64,000 nucleotides of DNA. It comes from Eledone cirrhosa (taxonomy: Eukaryota). Shown piece after piece: positions 12,840 to 27,030 of this stretch. The stretch is taken from NCBI GenBank assembly GCA_964016885.1, contig OZ024747.1:69254001-69318000 (forward strand). The letters are read 5' to 3'. The notes under the pieces were generated by a model, which saw nothing but the letters and a program-made list of their open reading frames with translations, ran no database searches and had not been told where the DNA came from. The position numbers were made by a program, and so were the translations under genes. Position 1 is the stretch's first letter. Each line of letters begins with the position of its first letter.

Positions 12840-12965
12840 TTTGATTACATGTATGTCTATATTTATTAATATTTTGAATTTATAATAACTCCAGAAACCC
12901 TTTTTCTGTTGAGTGCTTCTAATCTATTGTAAAACTATATTCAATGAACCTTGTTTAACTTTTGG

Positions 12966-13010
<45 letters not shown>

Positions 13011-13016
<6 letters not shown>

Positions 13017-13221
13017 GGAAGTAAACAACACAATATAACTACTCCATTACCAAATGTTTCAGGACCCTAGACAAAATTAACATACGTCTAGTTCGCTCAT
13101 CAGAGGGTCCAGAAACCTTTGGTAATGGAGTAGTTATATTGTGTTGTTACTTCCTAATTAAATAGCTCTGTATTATACATAGAGCACTCTCTTTTCCTTT
13201 GCTTTTTCTTCGGAAATACTT

Positions 13222-13222
<1 letters not shown>
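13011..13222. mobile_element. Penelope-like/ribozyme fold-back element
   Basis: Arms 13011-13068 and 13104-13160. Minus core CTGATGA..CTAGAC/GTCTAG..GAAAC atttg GTA^ATGGAG (13042-13103). Hairpin GCTC(13165)..GAGCACTC(13182), then tail. Confidence 0.75.
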
Positions 13223-13254
<32 letters not shown>

Positions 13255-13257
13255 GTA

Positions 13258-13288
<31 letters not shown>

Positions 13289-13732
13289 AGTAAGGATACA
13301 GACTTAACGTGTACTTCATTTGCTTAGTACGCAATTTAATACACAATATGATAGAATTAACTATCAAGAGAGGCACTAAAATATAAAAAGCAGTAAGTCC
13401 TTTCGTGATTATTACATTTACAAGGATTTATAAGGCCGCCAGAGATAGGAATTCCCTAGTGATTGTTTGATGGGGTCCCAAGTTAGGGTCGAACATTGAT
13501 TAAGAGTGTTCCTCATTTTTTTTTTCATTTTACTGCCCTATACCTACATTTGACGTAGCTAAGTGGTTGCATGGCATAGGTGTATATTTATATACATATT
13601 TACGCAATTTCGGTTAAACTGGGGTGTATATGTACAGATATAATTATAACATATATTTAAGACCCCCCCCCCCACACACACACACATAGGCTCACACACA
13701 CACATATATAATATATATGGAGATATAGATAT

Positions 13733-13826
13733 AATTGTTTCTACGTTAGGCACAAGGCCAGCAATTACCCAGTGCATTACTGGTACTTTATTTTATCGAC
13801 CCCGTAAGGATGAAGGGCAAAGTTAG
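13733..13826 (-). mobile_element. 5'-truncated SINE
   Basis: Reverse complement of the SINE core and tail. Confidence 0.85.
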
Positions 13827-13995
13827 ATATAATGTATATAAAATATACAATATATGTATATATAAAAAATATATAATGTACATATAATGTATCATATATA
13901 TATGAATATATATATGTATATATATATATAATGTTCATAGATAAATAATTATGTATAATATATTATATCTATACATACATACACAGACACACATG

Positions 13996-14027
<32 letters not shown>

Positions 14028-14104
14028 TTAGTTTTTGAATTTGTTTAACAAGATGGCGTAGGACAGAACAAAGGAGAGGCACAAAACAAAGAAAAGAATC
14101 CCCA

Positions 14105-14147
14105 GTCACTGAAGAGGTCACAGAATGTGTGACGAAAGAACTTTGAC
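14105..14147 (+). ncRNA. Hammerhead ribozyme, type I minimal
   Basis: GTCA-CTGAAGA-g GTCAC agaatgt GTGAC-GAAA-G AA C-TT^TGAC. Lies in a TA-flanked element (14030-14290) whose 3' end matches the 23105-23248 palindrome arms. Confidence 0.72.
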
Positions 14148-14346
14148 AATATATGAACAACCGTCCGGTTGTGGAACCAACCAACCAACCGGAAATTGAT
14201 AAATTTTTAAATTTATAATAAATTGGAGTGAAAGCAACTGGTGCGTGTGTTTCTTATTGGCAACATGACCCTCCCAAAGTATAACAATATATATATACAT
14301 ATATATATATAGATATTATGTACATATATTAATATATATGTATATA

Positions 14347-14400
<54 letters not shown>

Positions 14401-14458
14401 TACATATATAAGCATATATACATATAAACATATATAGATATATAGGTATATAGATATA

Positions 14459-14671
14459 TTGGTTTCTTATATAGGCACAAGGCCAGTGATTTTGGGGGAG
14501 GGGAAAGTCGATTAAATCGACCCCAGTGCGTGACTGGTACTTTATTTTATCGACCCCGTGAGGATCAAAGGCAAAGTTAACCTCGGCGGGATTTGAACTC
14601 AGATCATAAAGGGCCGTAACTCTTTGCTGCAAAGCATGGCGTCCGTCTCTCTACCGATACTGCCAATCCAC
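14459..14671 (-). mobile_element. Full-length SINE (long-tail variant)
   Basis: Head GTGGATTGGCAGTATCGGTAGAG, B-box, core and tail on the minus strand. Confidence 0.9.
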
Positions 14672-14717
14672 ATAGATATATTGATATACATATATACTAT
14701 ACACACACATACACATT

Positions 14718-14759
<42 letters not shown>

Positions 14760-14815
14760 TATAAACCTATATATATACACACATATATATATACATGCAT
14801 ATATATATATATACA

Positions 14816-14852
<37 letters not shown>

Positions 14853-14853
14853 C

Positions 14854-14908
<55 letters not shown>

Positions 14909-16143
14909 GTAATACGCACATTCGTTACAATACTGCATGAGGTTTGAGCCCGTCTCAAGTAAAACTGTGTCTCATTTACTCTTATTGTTCACCTTTCCAC
15001 AACTCTACCGATTTTTTCTTTTAGTGTAGTTATTAGTTATTTTCTTGTCACACAACTTTCACATTCCCTCACCTATCAATGCTTGTATCACATATATTTG
15101 ATTTATTCGACATTTGTTCTTATAGGATTAATGATAATACTTAAGCAATACAGTTAGTTATTTTATTGTTTTTATTTAGCCATAGGCTGGCTCTGATCCA
15201 ACACACCTATTCTCATGTGTGTTCCATTCATAATCCTTACTTTCCTTTTATTCATATAGGATGTTGCGTATTCTGTTGGTTTCAACATTGGGGTTCTAGT
15301 TGTTCAATTAATTGAATAACCTGCTCATTAAATTAACCTATCAGAGGTTGAATAATCATCAAACACGTATTACCTTAATATAAGGCTCAAACTGAATCAA
15401 CATGATATATTGTGTGACATGGCAAGGTACAATCCATCAGATTGATTTCAGACCTGTTAACTTTCTCCACCTGAAGGGGAGATCTCCCACCCACTTTGGG
15501 GTGGGTGGGAGATGTCTTCTCTTCTGAAAATGGGTATAGTTTTCATTATGTAAAATCTTCCCATTTTGCCTCCTTTCTCTCCATTTAGGGGCACTTTTTT
15601 TCATGGTACTCCCCATTTAGGGGCACTTCTTTTCACGGTACTCTCCCTTTGGGGTTTTAGAGGTTGGCAGGCCAGTGATTTTCATGTAGTTTTCGTCTTC
15701 ACTATTTCACATACAAAATTTTGGGTGTAATCGTGGCTACGGTAACATACATTTAACCAAGCAACAACCCTGAACCTAGTGACTGCCAAGGGAATACTTA
15801 ACCTCACACCCATCCACTCACTAACAATGCCTGCCTCAGCTTTTTACATATACTATTTAGGATTACACAGTCAAGTATTTCTCTTTTTCTAAGACGCTAG
15901 GATGTAATTTGAGAAAAATATGTCTTCCATGCCTAGCAGGTGCTTGTTACAACCACGTAAAACCCCTTCTTTCATTGATCATAGAAATACTATTCATCTG
16001 TATTCTTTCCCTAATATGCAGTGCTTCCGAATCAATAGTAATCAATATATTCATTACTGATTGATTGGACAGAGATCCAATGGAATATTGCTGGGAGAGT
16101 GCTATGAAGTTGAATAGTCTCCTTCTTTTTAATAATAATAATG

Positions 16144-16238
16144 ATTGTTTTTACTTTTGGCACAAGGCCAGCAATCACCCAGTACATTACTGGTACTTTA
16201 TTTTATCGACCCCGTAAAAATGAAAGGCAAAGTTAACC
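16144..16238 (-). mobile_element. 5'-truncated SINE
   Basis: SINE core and tail on the minus strand. Confidence 0.85.
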
Positions 16239-16244
16239 TAAAGA

Positions 16245-16780
16245 TTTCATTTATTGGCCACAAGGGCCGACATATAGGGGACAATACAAACACACAGACA
16301 GTAGGGGTTTACAATAAGCTCGAGTAAAAGTGCACAATAGCAAAACCAATTTAACAATGAAAATATAAAATAAACTATGTATAAGCATAACAAAATAAAT
16401 TCCCCAATAGGAGGGTGGACCACCCAGGGGCGACTCAGGTATCCCGCCAATCCTGAATCACTCGACGCTTCTGGGGCTCCCGGGGAGGGCACCCCTCTCC
16501 TCCCTAAATAACAATAATAATAATGAATAATAATAATAATTTCTTTATTGACTACAGTGGTCCGAAAACATTAAGGGCAATAGAAATAAACAGGGACAGT
16601 GGAGAGAGACGTATATACAGGTTAATAGTAATAAAGAGGGACAGTGGAGAGAGACGTATATGAAATGAGTAAATAGAAATAATTGGTAACAAAATAATTA
16701 ATAAAAACTAAATATCCCATTAGTGGGATCACCTTAGAGTAACTAATTAACCACACAGAACCGATATCACTCTGTTCTAT
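16245..16780 (-). mobile_element. Two LINE 3' UTR remnants (L1/Tx1-like)
   Basis: Minus-strand termini cccttgtggccaataaatgaaa (16245-16270) and ccactgtagtcaataaagaaattatt (16535-16562), resembling 63575-63600. Confidence 0.5.
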
Positions 16781-17316
16781 AATAATAGTAATAATCATAA
16801 TAATGATTTCTTATGTAGGCACATGGCTAGCAATTTGTGATGGTGGTGGTGGTAGTGGTAGTAGTAGTGGTGGTGTTGGTGGTGGTAGTGGTAGTAGTAG
16901 TGGTAGTGTTGGTGGTGGTAGTGGTAGTAGTAGTGGTGGTGTTGGTGGTGGTAAGTCGATTAAACCGATCCCAATAATTTAATGATATTCGAAAAGATAA
17001 AAAAAAAAGCAAAGTTGATCTTAGCAGAAATTAAATTCAAAATATAGAGAGACGTAATATAGGATGTAAAGTATTTTGTTTGACAACAATGACGACTATG
17101 ATGATGATGGGGATGATGATGGTGGTGGTGGTGATGGTGGTGGTGGTGGTGCTTAATATAGGTAAGATAAGGCGACAAAGAGTTTTGGGAAGAATAAATC
17201 GATTAAATTGACCGCATTTTCATATTACATAATATTTGGACTCCGTCTCTCACAGGTTGGACTAAACAAAGGTGATAACGTTTTTTCAATTTTGAAAATA
17301 ATGCAAACATGTTGAT

Positions 17317-17390
<74 letters not shown>

Positions 17391-17726
17391 GTATAGGGAA
17401 GTTAAGTCTATTGAATATCGATGTCAATATTTGAATGTTACCTAATCAATAGAACCGCCCCCACCTGCCACACGTCGGAATTCAGTTGTTCAAATAACAC
17501 TGGATGAATTTGCTATTTAGCTCAATGTAGAATATTATTTATAGAGAAATAATACATAATAATGTCGATGTGAATTAATTAAGAATAATGATAAAACAAT
17601 AATACTTATAAAAACGGCGACAATTAGATCACTAAATAGCAAATATTAGAATAATTAAAATTAATAAATAAATAACACGTGCATTTATGCACATTGAAAG
17701 GAAACAAAGAGTTACGCTACAGGTAG

Positions 17727-18098
17727 TTAACCTTTTACCATTTACCGTATTTCCCGGCGCCGAAGATGCACCCTAATTTTGACAACCAAAAAAAAAAAAA
17801 AAAATAATAAACAACTTTCGGCCCCAGGACGCTTGGTAGATTTTTGAGACTTAATTTAGGAAAAAAGTAGCGTCTTCGACGCCGGGAAATCCGGTGCATT
17901 ATTGTATATTTACTATTGCATTTTCGCGGTGAAGGCTTTATCTCAAATAATTATTTCACATAATATTGAATGAGATTTTGATATTTTTTTGAGAACTATA
18001 CTTTAACATCATTATGAGCGGCCAGTTACAACCGGTTTGAATAGAAAGAGGTGAGAGAATTCTGGCCGGATATGGCCGGTTTAAATGCTAAAGGGTTG
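17727..18098. mobile_element. piggyBac-like non-autonomous DNA element
   Basis: TTAA-CCTTTTACCATTTA at the left end and TAAATGCTAAAGGG-TTG at the right end (CCCTTT-type TIR, degenerate TTAA TSD). Confidence 0.65.
17745..17894. mobile_element. pogo/mariner-like MITE nested in the left TIR of the piggyBac-like element
   Basis: TIRs CCGTATTTCCCGGCGCCGAAGATGC / GCGTCTTCGACGCCGGGAAATCCGG, TA at left. Confidence 0.8.
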
Positions 18099-18709
18099 CA
18101 CAATGGGCTAAAAATAGCAGCTAAAATTCCATTAAATCACAGCCTAGCAATATACAATCGAAACAGACATGGCAGTGGGGGTGATAATGTGATCTCCATG
18201 TGTCCAAAGAAATATAAACGAATGTATAAATAAATACACAAATAGAAATAAAAATAAAAGTAGACAGGATTGTTTTGATCAGAGTTAAATAGTCAGGGAA
18301 AAGCTGAGTCTCAAGAACAACAACAAGAACAACAAGAACAACAAGAACAACAACAAGAACAACAACAAGAACAACAACAAGAACAACAACAAGAACAACA
18401 GCAGCTATAGCAAAAACAACACTTAAGAAAAATGTCATTAGATTTGTGTTGAAAGAAACAAACCTATATTTATAAGTGTGTGTGCGTCGATGGGTGGGGG
18501 GTATAGGCATATATATACATGAAAAGAAACAGGAAACCGACGGCTGAGCTCCTACCGTCTCGACAACTAACATACACACACATGTATATACATATCTACA
18601 TATCTATGTATATATATATAAGTGTATATAAATACATACATATATAAGTATACATATATATGACGGAAGCCGGTCGGAGTATTGCTTAAAGCTTTCTCTG
18701 TTAATGTAT

Positions 18710-19215
<506 letters not shown>

Positions 19216-19322
19216 GAAAAATATAGAAATTATTGTAGCAAGAAGCCAACAGTATTCCATAATATATAAGTCACTATAGCGTCAAAATGGAAAAAATAGT
19301 TAATATATATATATATATATAC

Positions 19323-19363
<41 letters not shown>

Positions 19364-19545
19364 GTGATAAGAGAGAGAGGTAGAGAAGAAAGAGGGGGGG
19401 GGGGAGAGAGATAGGTATTTAGAAACAGGAGGTCAGAAACAGAAGTAAAACAATAAGTCAGTTTGACAAGACGTCTAAAAAACACGACTTGATGTGTAAA
19501 CATTGAAAACATAACACACACTACAAAGGTGATATATATACACAT

Positions 19546-19587
<42 letters not shown>

Positions 19588-19846
19588 GTTGTGTGTGTGT
19601 ACAGGCATACTCACATATATACATACATACAGGCATACATATATACATACATATATACATATACATACACATACATACATACATACAATGTTGTGGTTTG
19701 TATTTTGTGTTCTGTGATTTAGCTAGGTTAAGCTGGTATGATTTGGTGTAGAGTTTTGTAAAGAATAATTATATATATATATATGTGTGTGTGTGTTTTC
19801 ATAAAATATACACACATATATATTTATATATACATATATATGTATA

Positions 19847-20615
<769 letters not shown>

Positions 20616-20935
20616 ATATTATATATATATATATATATAATATATATATATATATATAATATATATATATATTATATATATATTTATATATATAATTTAT
20701 ATATATATATAATATATATATATAATATAAATATATATATATATGATATAAATATATATATATATATATAATATATATATAATATATATATATATATAAT
20801 ATATATATATAATATAAATATATTTATATATATATGATATAAATATATATATATATATATAATATATATATAATATATATATATATATGATATATATACA
20901 TATAATATATATATATATATAATATATATATATAT

Positions 20936-21006
<71 letters not shown>

Positions 21007-21076
21007 ATATCATATATATATATATATTATATATATATATATATTTATATCATATATATATATATATATTTATATT

Positions 21077-21107
<31 letters not shown>

Positions 21108-21236
21108 TTATATTATATATATATTATATAATATATATATATAATATATATATATAATATAAATATATATATATATATATGATATAAATATATATATATA
21201 TATAATATATATATAATATATATATATATATGATAT

Positions 21237-21281
<45 letters not shown>

Positions 21282-21302
21282 TATAATATATATATATATA
21301 TG

Positions 21303-21378
<76 letters not shown>

Positions 21379-21397
21379 TATATATAATATATATAAT

Positions 21398-21471
<74 letters not shown>

Positions 21472-21539
21472 ATATAAATATATATATATATTATATATAT
21501 AATATATATAGTAATATATATATATATTATATATATACA

Positions 21540-21615
<76 letters not shown>

Positions 21616-21706
21616 GTATTTATGTCTATGTATGTATTTATGTGTATATATATATATATGTATTTATGTATATATATATGTATTTGTATCTATATATCTA
21701 TATGTA

Positions 21707-21745
<39 letters not shown>

Positions 21746-21969
21746 CTTTGATAAGTTTAACTTTGATATATATATATTTATATATATTTATATATATTTA
21801 CATATATATATATATTTATGTATATATATATATATATTTATGTTTTATATACATATATATATATATATGTATATATATATGTATTTATGTATGTATATAT
21901 ATATATGTAGAAGTTGTATTTAATTTGTTGGAATTCCGACAAACTATAGTTTCCATTTATTAATATCTT

Positions 21970-22036
<67 letters not shown>

Positions 22037-22107
22037 GCATATATATATATATATATGTATATGTATTTATGTATATATATATATATATGTATTTATGAAT
22101 ATATACA

Positions 22108-22179
22108 GTTTTAGTTTCAGAAGATCCCGTTAAGGGTCAAAGCAGCGATTCTTTGCTCAAATTTTAATCTGTTATTTTA

Positions 22180-22227
<48 letters not shown>

Positions 22228-22432
22228 ATGTAATATGTATGAATATATATATACATTTATGTGTATATATGTATGTATGAATGTATGTATGAATGTATGT
22301 ATGTGTATGTATATATATATATATATATATTTATTAAAATAACAGAATAAAGTTTGAGCAAAGAAACGCATCTTTGACCCTTAAGGGGATCTTTTGAAAC
22401 TAAAACTAGTCTTCACATTTATTATTATTACT
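22108..22432. mobile_element. Two family A fragments facing each other across a microsatellite
   Basis: 22108-22183 (+) and 22331-22407 (-) are reverse complements. The latter is joined to the family A tail end (22400-22432). Confidence 0.75.
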
Positions 22433-22452
22433 ATATATATATATATATATAT

Positions 22453-22658
22453 ATGGATCACTCCATATATATATATATATATATGGATCACTCCATATAT
22501 ATATATATATATGGATCACTCCATATATATGGATCACTCCATATATATGGATCACTCCATATATATGGATCACTCCATATATATATATATATATGGATCA
22601 CTCCATATATATATATATGGATCACTCCATATATATATATATATATGGATCACTCCAT
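22453..22658. repeat. Hairpin minisatellite ATGGA-TCAC-TCCAT x9 with variable (AT)n spacers
   Basis: Nine identical 14-mers separated by AT runs of different lengths. Confidence 0.95.
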
Positions 22659-23104
22659 ATATATATATATATATATATATGGAATTATCCAAAGCTAATC
22701 AGTATTGCAAATTCATAATATTTTAAATCTGATGTATTTATGTCATTATAGATAGAGATATAGAAATTTTATTGTTTAAGCAAAGAAGAGATAAATGACA
22801 CATAGCTAGCAGAATATACAAGAAATTCAGGTGATAGAATAGACATCGTTTTAAACCATTTAATAGCCTTACTAATGTTTTAATATAAATTATTTAACTA
22901 ATACTTATGTTATAAAATATAGTAAAAAAGGTAAGAAATATATTGAATATAGCAGCATCGTCAAATGTTGTATATCTTCGGAGGCAATATAAATGATAAA
23001 AAACAATGACCTGGTGAAAAACATTGCCAAAGGTAAAGATTGTTGTCCCTTCTTAGGATTAGATCTTTAATAAAATATAATTTACTATATTGTTATATAA
23101 TAAG

Positions 23105-23248
23105 TATTGTTATATTTGGGAAGGGTCATGTTATTATAATATTGCCAGAAATATATAATAAAACACACTCACTGGTTGGTTTGGTGAGTGTGTCTTATTA
23201 TATATTTCTGGTAATATTACAACATGACCCTCCACAAATATAATAATA
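23105..23248. repeat. Fold-back palindrome, homologous to the 3' end of the 14030-14290 ribozyme element
   Basis: Arms tattgttatatttgggaagggtcatgtt.. and ..aacatgaccctccacaaatataataata. Confidence 0.85.
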
Positions 23249-23891
23249 TTTGTTTCAACACACGATTTCATATCGATTCATACCTTGCAAGACAATTTCA
23301 TCACCGTTATATCATAAGTATGAGTTAAATAACTTGTATTGAATCATTGTAAGCCTATTAAATGATTTAAGAAATCTATTCTATCTTCTTTCGATTTGTC
23401 TGTGTATTTGTTATGTAATTCAGGGTTAACCCCAATATTCCCATACCTAGACAAATTCATATTTATGTATGGATCCACATGCGCATGCATATATATATAT
23501 ATACATGTAAAAATATACGTACATGTTAAATTCAATGCCTCCATCCATGCAGCCATCCATTTACTTACACATATACATGCACAGCCATACACGTACACAC
23601 AATGCACATAAACACATATAGACACGCGCACACATACACATACACACATATATACACACACGTTCACTCACACCCACACACATAAATACAAGCACTCATA
23701 GACGTTCTTTCGGTATGAAGTCGTGCACGCGTGTATACGTTGGCATTTCTGAGAACGTAAACAAACAAACTGAAAATATGTTGAACATAAGAATATATAC
23801 ATGTGTATGTGTGAATTGTGTGTGTGTATATATATATATATGTGTTTATATATACATATATATATATGTTTATATATACATATATATGTAT

Positions 23892-23931
<40 letters not shown>

Positions 23932-24171
23932 TTATATATATATATGTATGTTTATATATATATATGTCTATATATATATATATGTTTATATATATATATG
24001 TTTATATATATATATATATATGTTTATTATATATATGTTTATATATACATATACATGTTTATATATACGTATATATATGTTCATATATATATGTTTATAT
24101 AAACAGATATATGTTTATATATACATTTCTATGTTTATATATATATATATATTGAAAATATCGTATGTATA

Positions 24172-24342
24172 GTACAGTGAATTACTGGTGTTGGTACCAC
24201 TCTAAGTACAGACAGAGTGTATATATAGAAAGAGTGTATATAGACAGAGTGTATATATATAAAAAAAAAACAAGGAGGTTTAGTTTACATATATAAATAA
24301 TAAATATTTTTTATATGTAAACGAAACCTCCTCGTTGTTCTC

Positions 24343-24348
<6 letters not shown>
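24172..24348 (-). mobile_element. Fold-back element with ACTC..GAGT tail hairpin
   Basis: Arms 24268-24297 and 24306-24337. Minus strand cactctgtctgtacttagagtggtacc. Confidence 0.55.
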
Positions 24349-24407
<59 letters not shown>

Positions 24408-24440
24408 TAGTTATCTTAGCCACGTGGGACACTTTTTCAA

Positions 24441-24470
<30 letters not shown>

Positions 24471-24475
<5 letters not shown>

Positions 24476-24630
24476 GATACTCAATGATATTATAGTTTCC
24501 ATTTATTTAATATCGTTGAATATTTAATATCATCGAATATTTACTCCAGAAAACTGTCGAGTGCTCTGAATCAGTTATAAACATTTATATTTGTTGGATT
24601 TCCAACAAATTAAGTATCCCTTCTACTTAT
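24471..24630 (+). mobile_element. Truncated fold-back element with tail hairpin
   Basis: Short inverted arm tagatactcaatgatatta pairs with taatatcgttgaatattta. Hairpin ACTC(24543)..GAGTGCTC(24559). Rearranged relative at 21906-21973. Confidence 0.7.
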
Positions 24631-24969
24631 ATATTTAGATAGATAGGTAGATATATGTGTGTGTATATAAATATATAAATTATACAATAACTCATGTGCC
24701 TATAATTAACAAAATCTAACTAAATACGAAACATAAATACAAACATTTGAAACAGTAGTATTGTGTAATATAATGGTAAAAATATCAGCATACATAAACA
24801 AATGTTTATATATGTGTACATGTGTGCCGGTGTGTATAATGATATATTAGTAATGCTAAATGATTACCTACCTATGAAGGTTGTTTACGTCCACAAGCTT
24901 GTCGTATTCCTGGGATAAATTTTTCATAGTGTCAATACGAAGTAACGAAAATACGTCAACATAGGAACG

Positions 24970-25700
24970 GCTGTTGTTGGTGATGGTGTTGTTGTTGGTG
25001 GTGATGATGATAGTGTTGTTGTTGTTGGTGGTGGTGATAGTGTTGTTGGTGGTGATGATAGTGTTGTTGTTGTTGGTGTTGTTGTTGTTGGTGGTGGTGA
25101 TGATAGTGTTGTTGTTGTTGTTGTTGTTGATAGTGTTGTTGTTGTTGCTGATGTTGGTTGTTGTTGCTGTAGTGGTGTTGTTGGTGATGGTGGTGGTGTT
25201 GTGGTGGTGGTGTTATTATTAGTGATGGTGGTGCTGTTCTTGTTGGTGATGGTGTTGTTGTTGGTGGTGGTGATGGTGTTGTTGTTGTTGTCGGTGAAGG
25301 TGGTAGTGTTGTTGTTGTTGTGGGTGGTGGTGGTGGGTGGTATTGTCGGTGAAGGTGGTAGTGTTGTTGTTGTTGTGGGTGGTGGTGGTGGGTGGTATTG
25401 TCGGTGAAGGTGGTAGTGTTGTTGTTGTTGTGGGTGGTGGTGTGGGTGGTATTGTCGGTGAAGGTGGTAGTGTTGTTGTTGTGGGTGGTGGTGGTAGTGT
25501 TGTTGTTGTTGTGGGTGAAGGTGGTGGTGGTATTGTGGGTGAAGGTGGTGATGAGGGAAGCAATGATGATATTGCTGTTGTTTGTGATGATGGTGGTAAT
25601 GATGTAAGTGTTGTTGTTTGTTGTTGATGGTGATGATGGTGATACTAGGGATGGTTTAGCAGTGGTGACGGCGGCGGCGGCGGAGGCGATGATGTTAGTA
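24970..25700. repeat. (TTG/TGG)n low-complexity tract with ~50 bp higher-order unit
   Basis: Repeated tattgtcggtgaaggtggtagtgttgttgttg. Confidence 0.9.
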
Positions 25701-25799
25701 TATTACCACTGAATCTGCTGTTATTGTTATTATATTGCTGTTGACTGTAATATTAACATTACCTGGGTGTCTTGCTACTAATACGGTTGCTGTCACTGT

Positions 25800-25945
25800 C
25801 AAATCCCGCCGAGGGTAGCTTTGCCCTTCATCCTTACTGGGGTTGATAAAAATAAAGTACCAGTAATGCACTGGAGTCCATTTAATCGACTTTCCCCTCC
25901 CCAAAATTGTTGGCCTTGTGCCTAAATCAGAACTTGGTATTATTA
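25800..25945 (+). mobile_element. 5'-truncated SINE (long-tail variant)
   Basis: caaatcccgccgagg followed by core and tail. Confidence 0.85.
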
Positions 25946-26227
25946 TTGATATCTCTGTTATTATTGGTGGAGTTGGTGGTGTTAGTGAGGATGCCAACGT
26001 TGGTTGTGTAGTATTTCTCAAACAACTATAATACTATTATCGATTATTTGTAATAATTCCGCAGGTTCTGGGTTTTTATTTTGAAAAAATGTATTTTGCA
26101 TTTTTGTTTTCGCCGCTTTCTATCGGGTGAATGTTATTATATAGCCGGCGGTGGTTGTAAAGGTGTAGTGATGATGATGATGGTGGTGGTGGTGGTGATG
26201 GTAGTTTTATTAGAACTGATCTAGGTT

Positions 26228-26312
<85 letters not shown>

Positions 26313-26978
26313 ATAAGAATATATATGTATAGATATATATATATATGTACTTTTAAAAGAATGAGCGTGTGTGTGTATACATATATATATATGTGTGTGT
26401 GTGCGTATATATATGTGTATGTATGTGTGTGTGTTTCGGTAGGCGTTGGTTTCTTATTTTTTCTCAGGGGTGGGAGGTGTTGATGGTAGTGATAGTACTG
26501 CTAGTGATGGTATGGTTATTGTTGGTGTTATTGGTTAGTTAGTAGTGGCTAGTGGTCGCGGTTTGTGGCTTGTGGCTGCAAAGTAATGTGTGTATGAATG
26601 TCTGTGTGTGTTTTGGTGGAAGGATTGAGTACCAAGGTGTGTATTGCAAGGTATATGAGGCAAGGTGTGGTTAGGGGTGACTGGGTGGTTTCTTTCCTGT
26701 TTCCAACCTTTAACAGTTTACAAAAGAAAAAATCTGTGACATGTAGACGCACTCACAAGATCCATCGATGAGTGTGTTTGTGTGAGTGCGTGCGTGTTTG
26801 TATGTGTGTGTGTGGTGTGTGTGTGCATGTGTATGTGTTTACATGTGTGTTTGTGTGTGTGTGCATATATATGTGTACGTGTTCGGCTGTACGTGTGTGT
26901 CTGCGTAAAACTAACTAAAAGAGATATTCAGAAAAATGGACGTTGTTTTTACTTACTGTGTTAGCTTCTAATGAATGC

Positions 26979-27030
<52 letters not shown>

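Larger units (their letters stand above)
12556..12968. mobile_element. Penelope-like/ribozyme fold-back element (family X), near-identical arms
   Basis: Arms ~12558-12713 and ~12726-12880, then hairpin ACTC(12888)..GAGTGCT(12911) and tail to 12968. (TA)n on both sides. Confidence 0.85.

Noticed and set aside
12556-12880. Interpreting the fold-backs as MITEs or as sequencing chimeras
   Set aside because: The arms are asymmetric (tail on one side only), inversion points vary within families and the arms contain ribozyme cores. Many arm pairs are diverged and the same end rule holds across families, which is not expected of TIR elements or read artefacts. Long-read confirmation is still advisable for the perfect ones.
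22453-22658. CRISPR-like array (hairpin repeat with variable spacers)
   Set aside because: Repeats are only 14 bp, spacers are pure (AT)n, context is eukaryotic and there are no cas genes.
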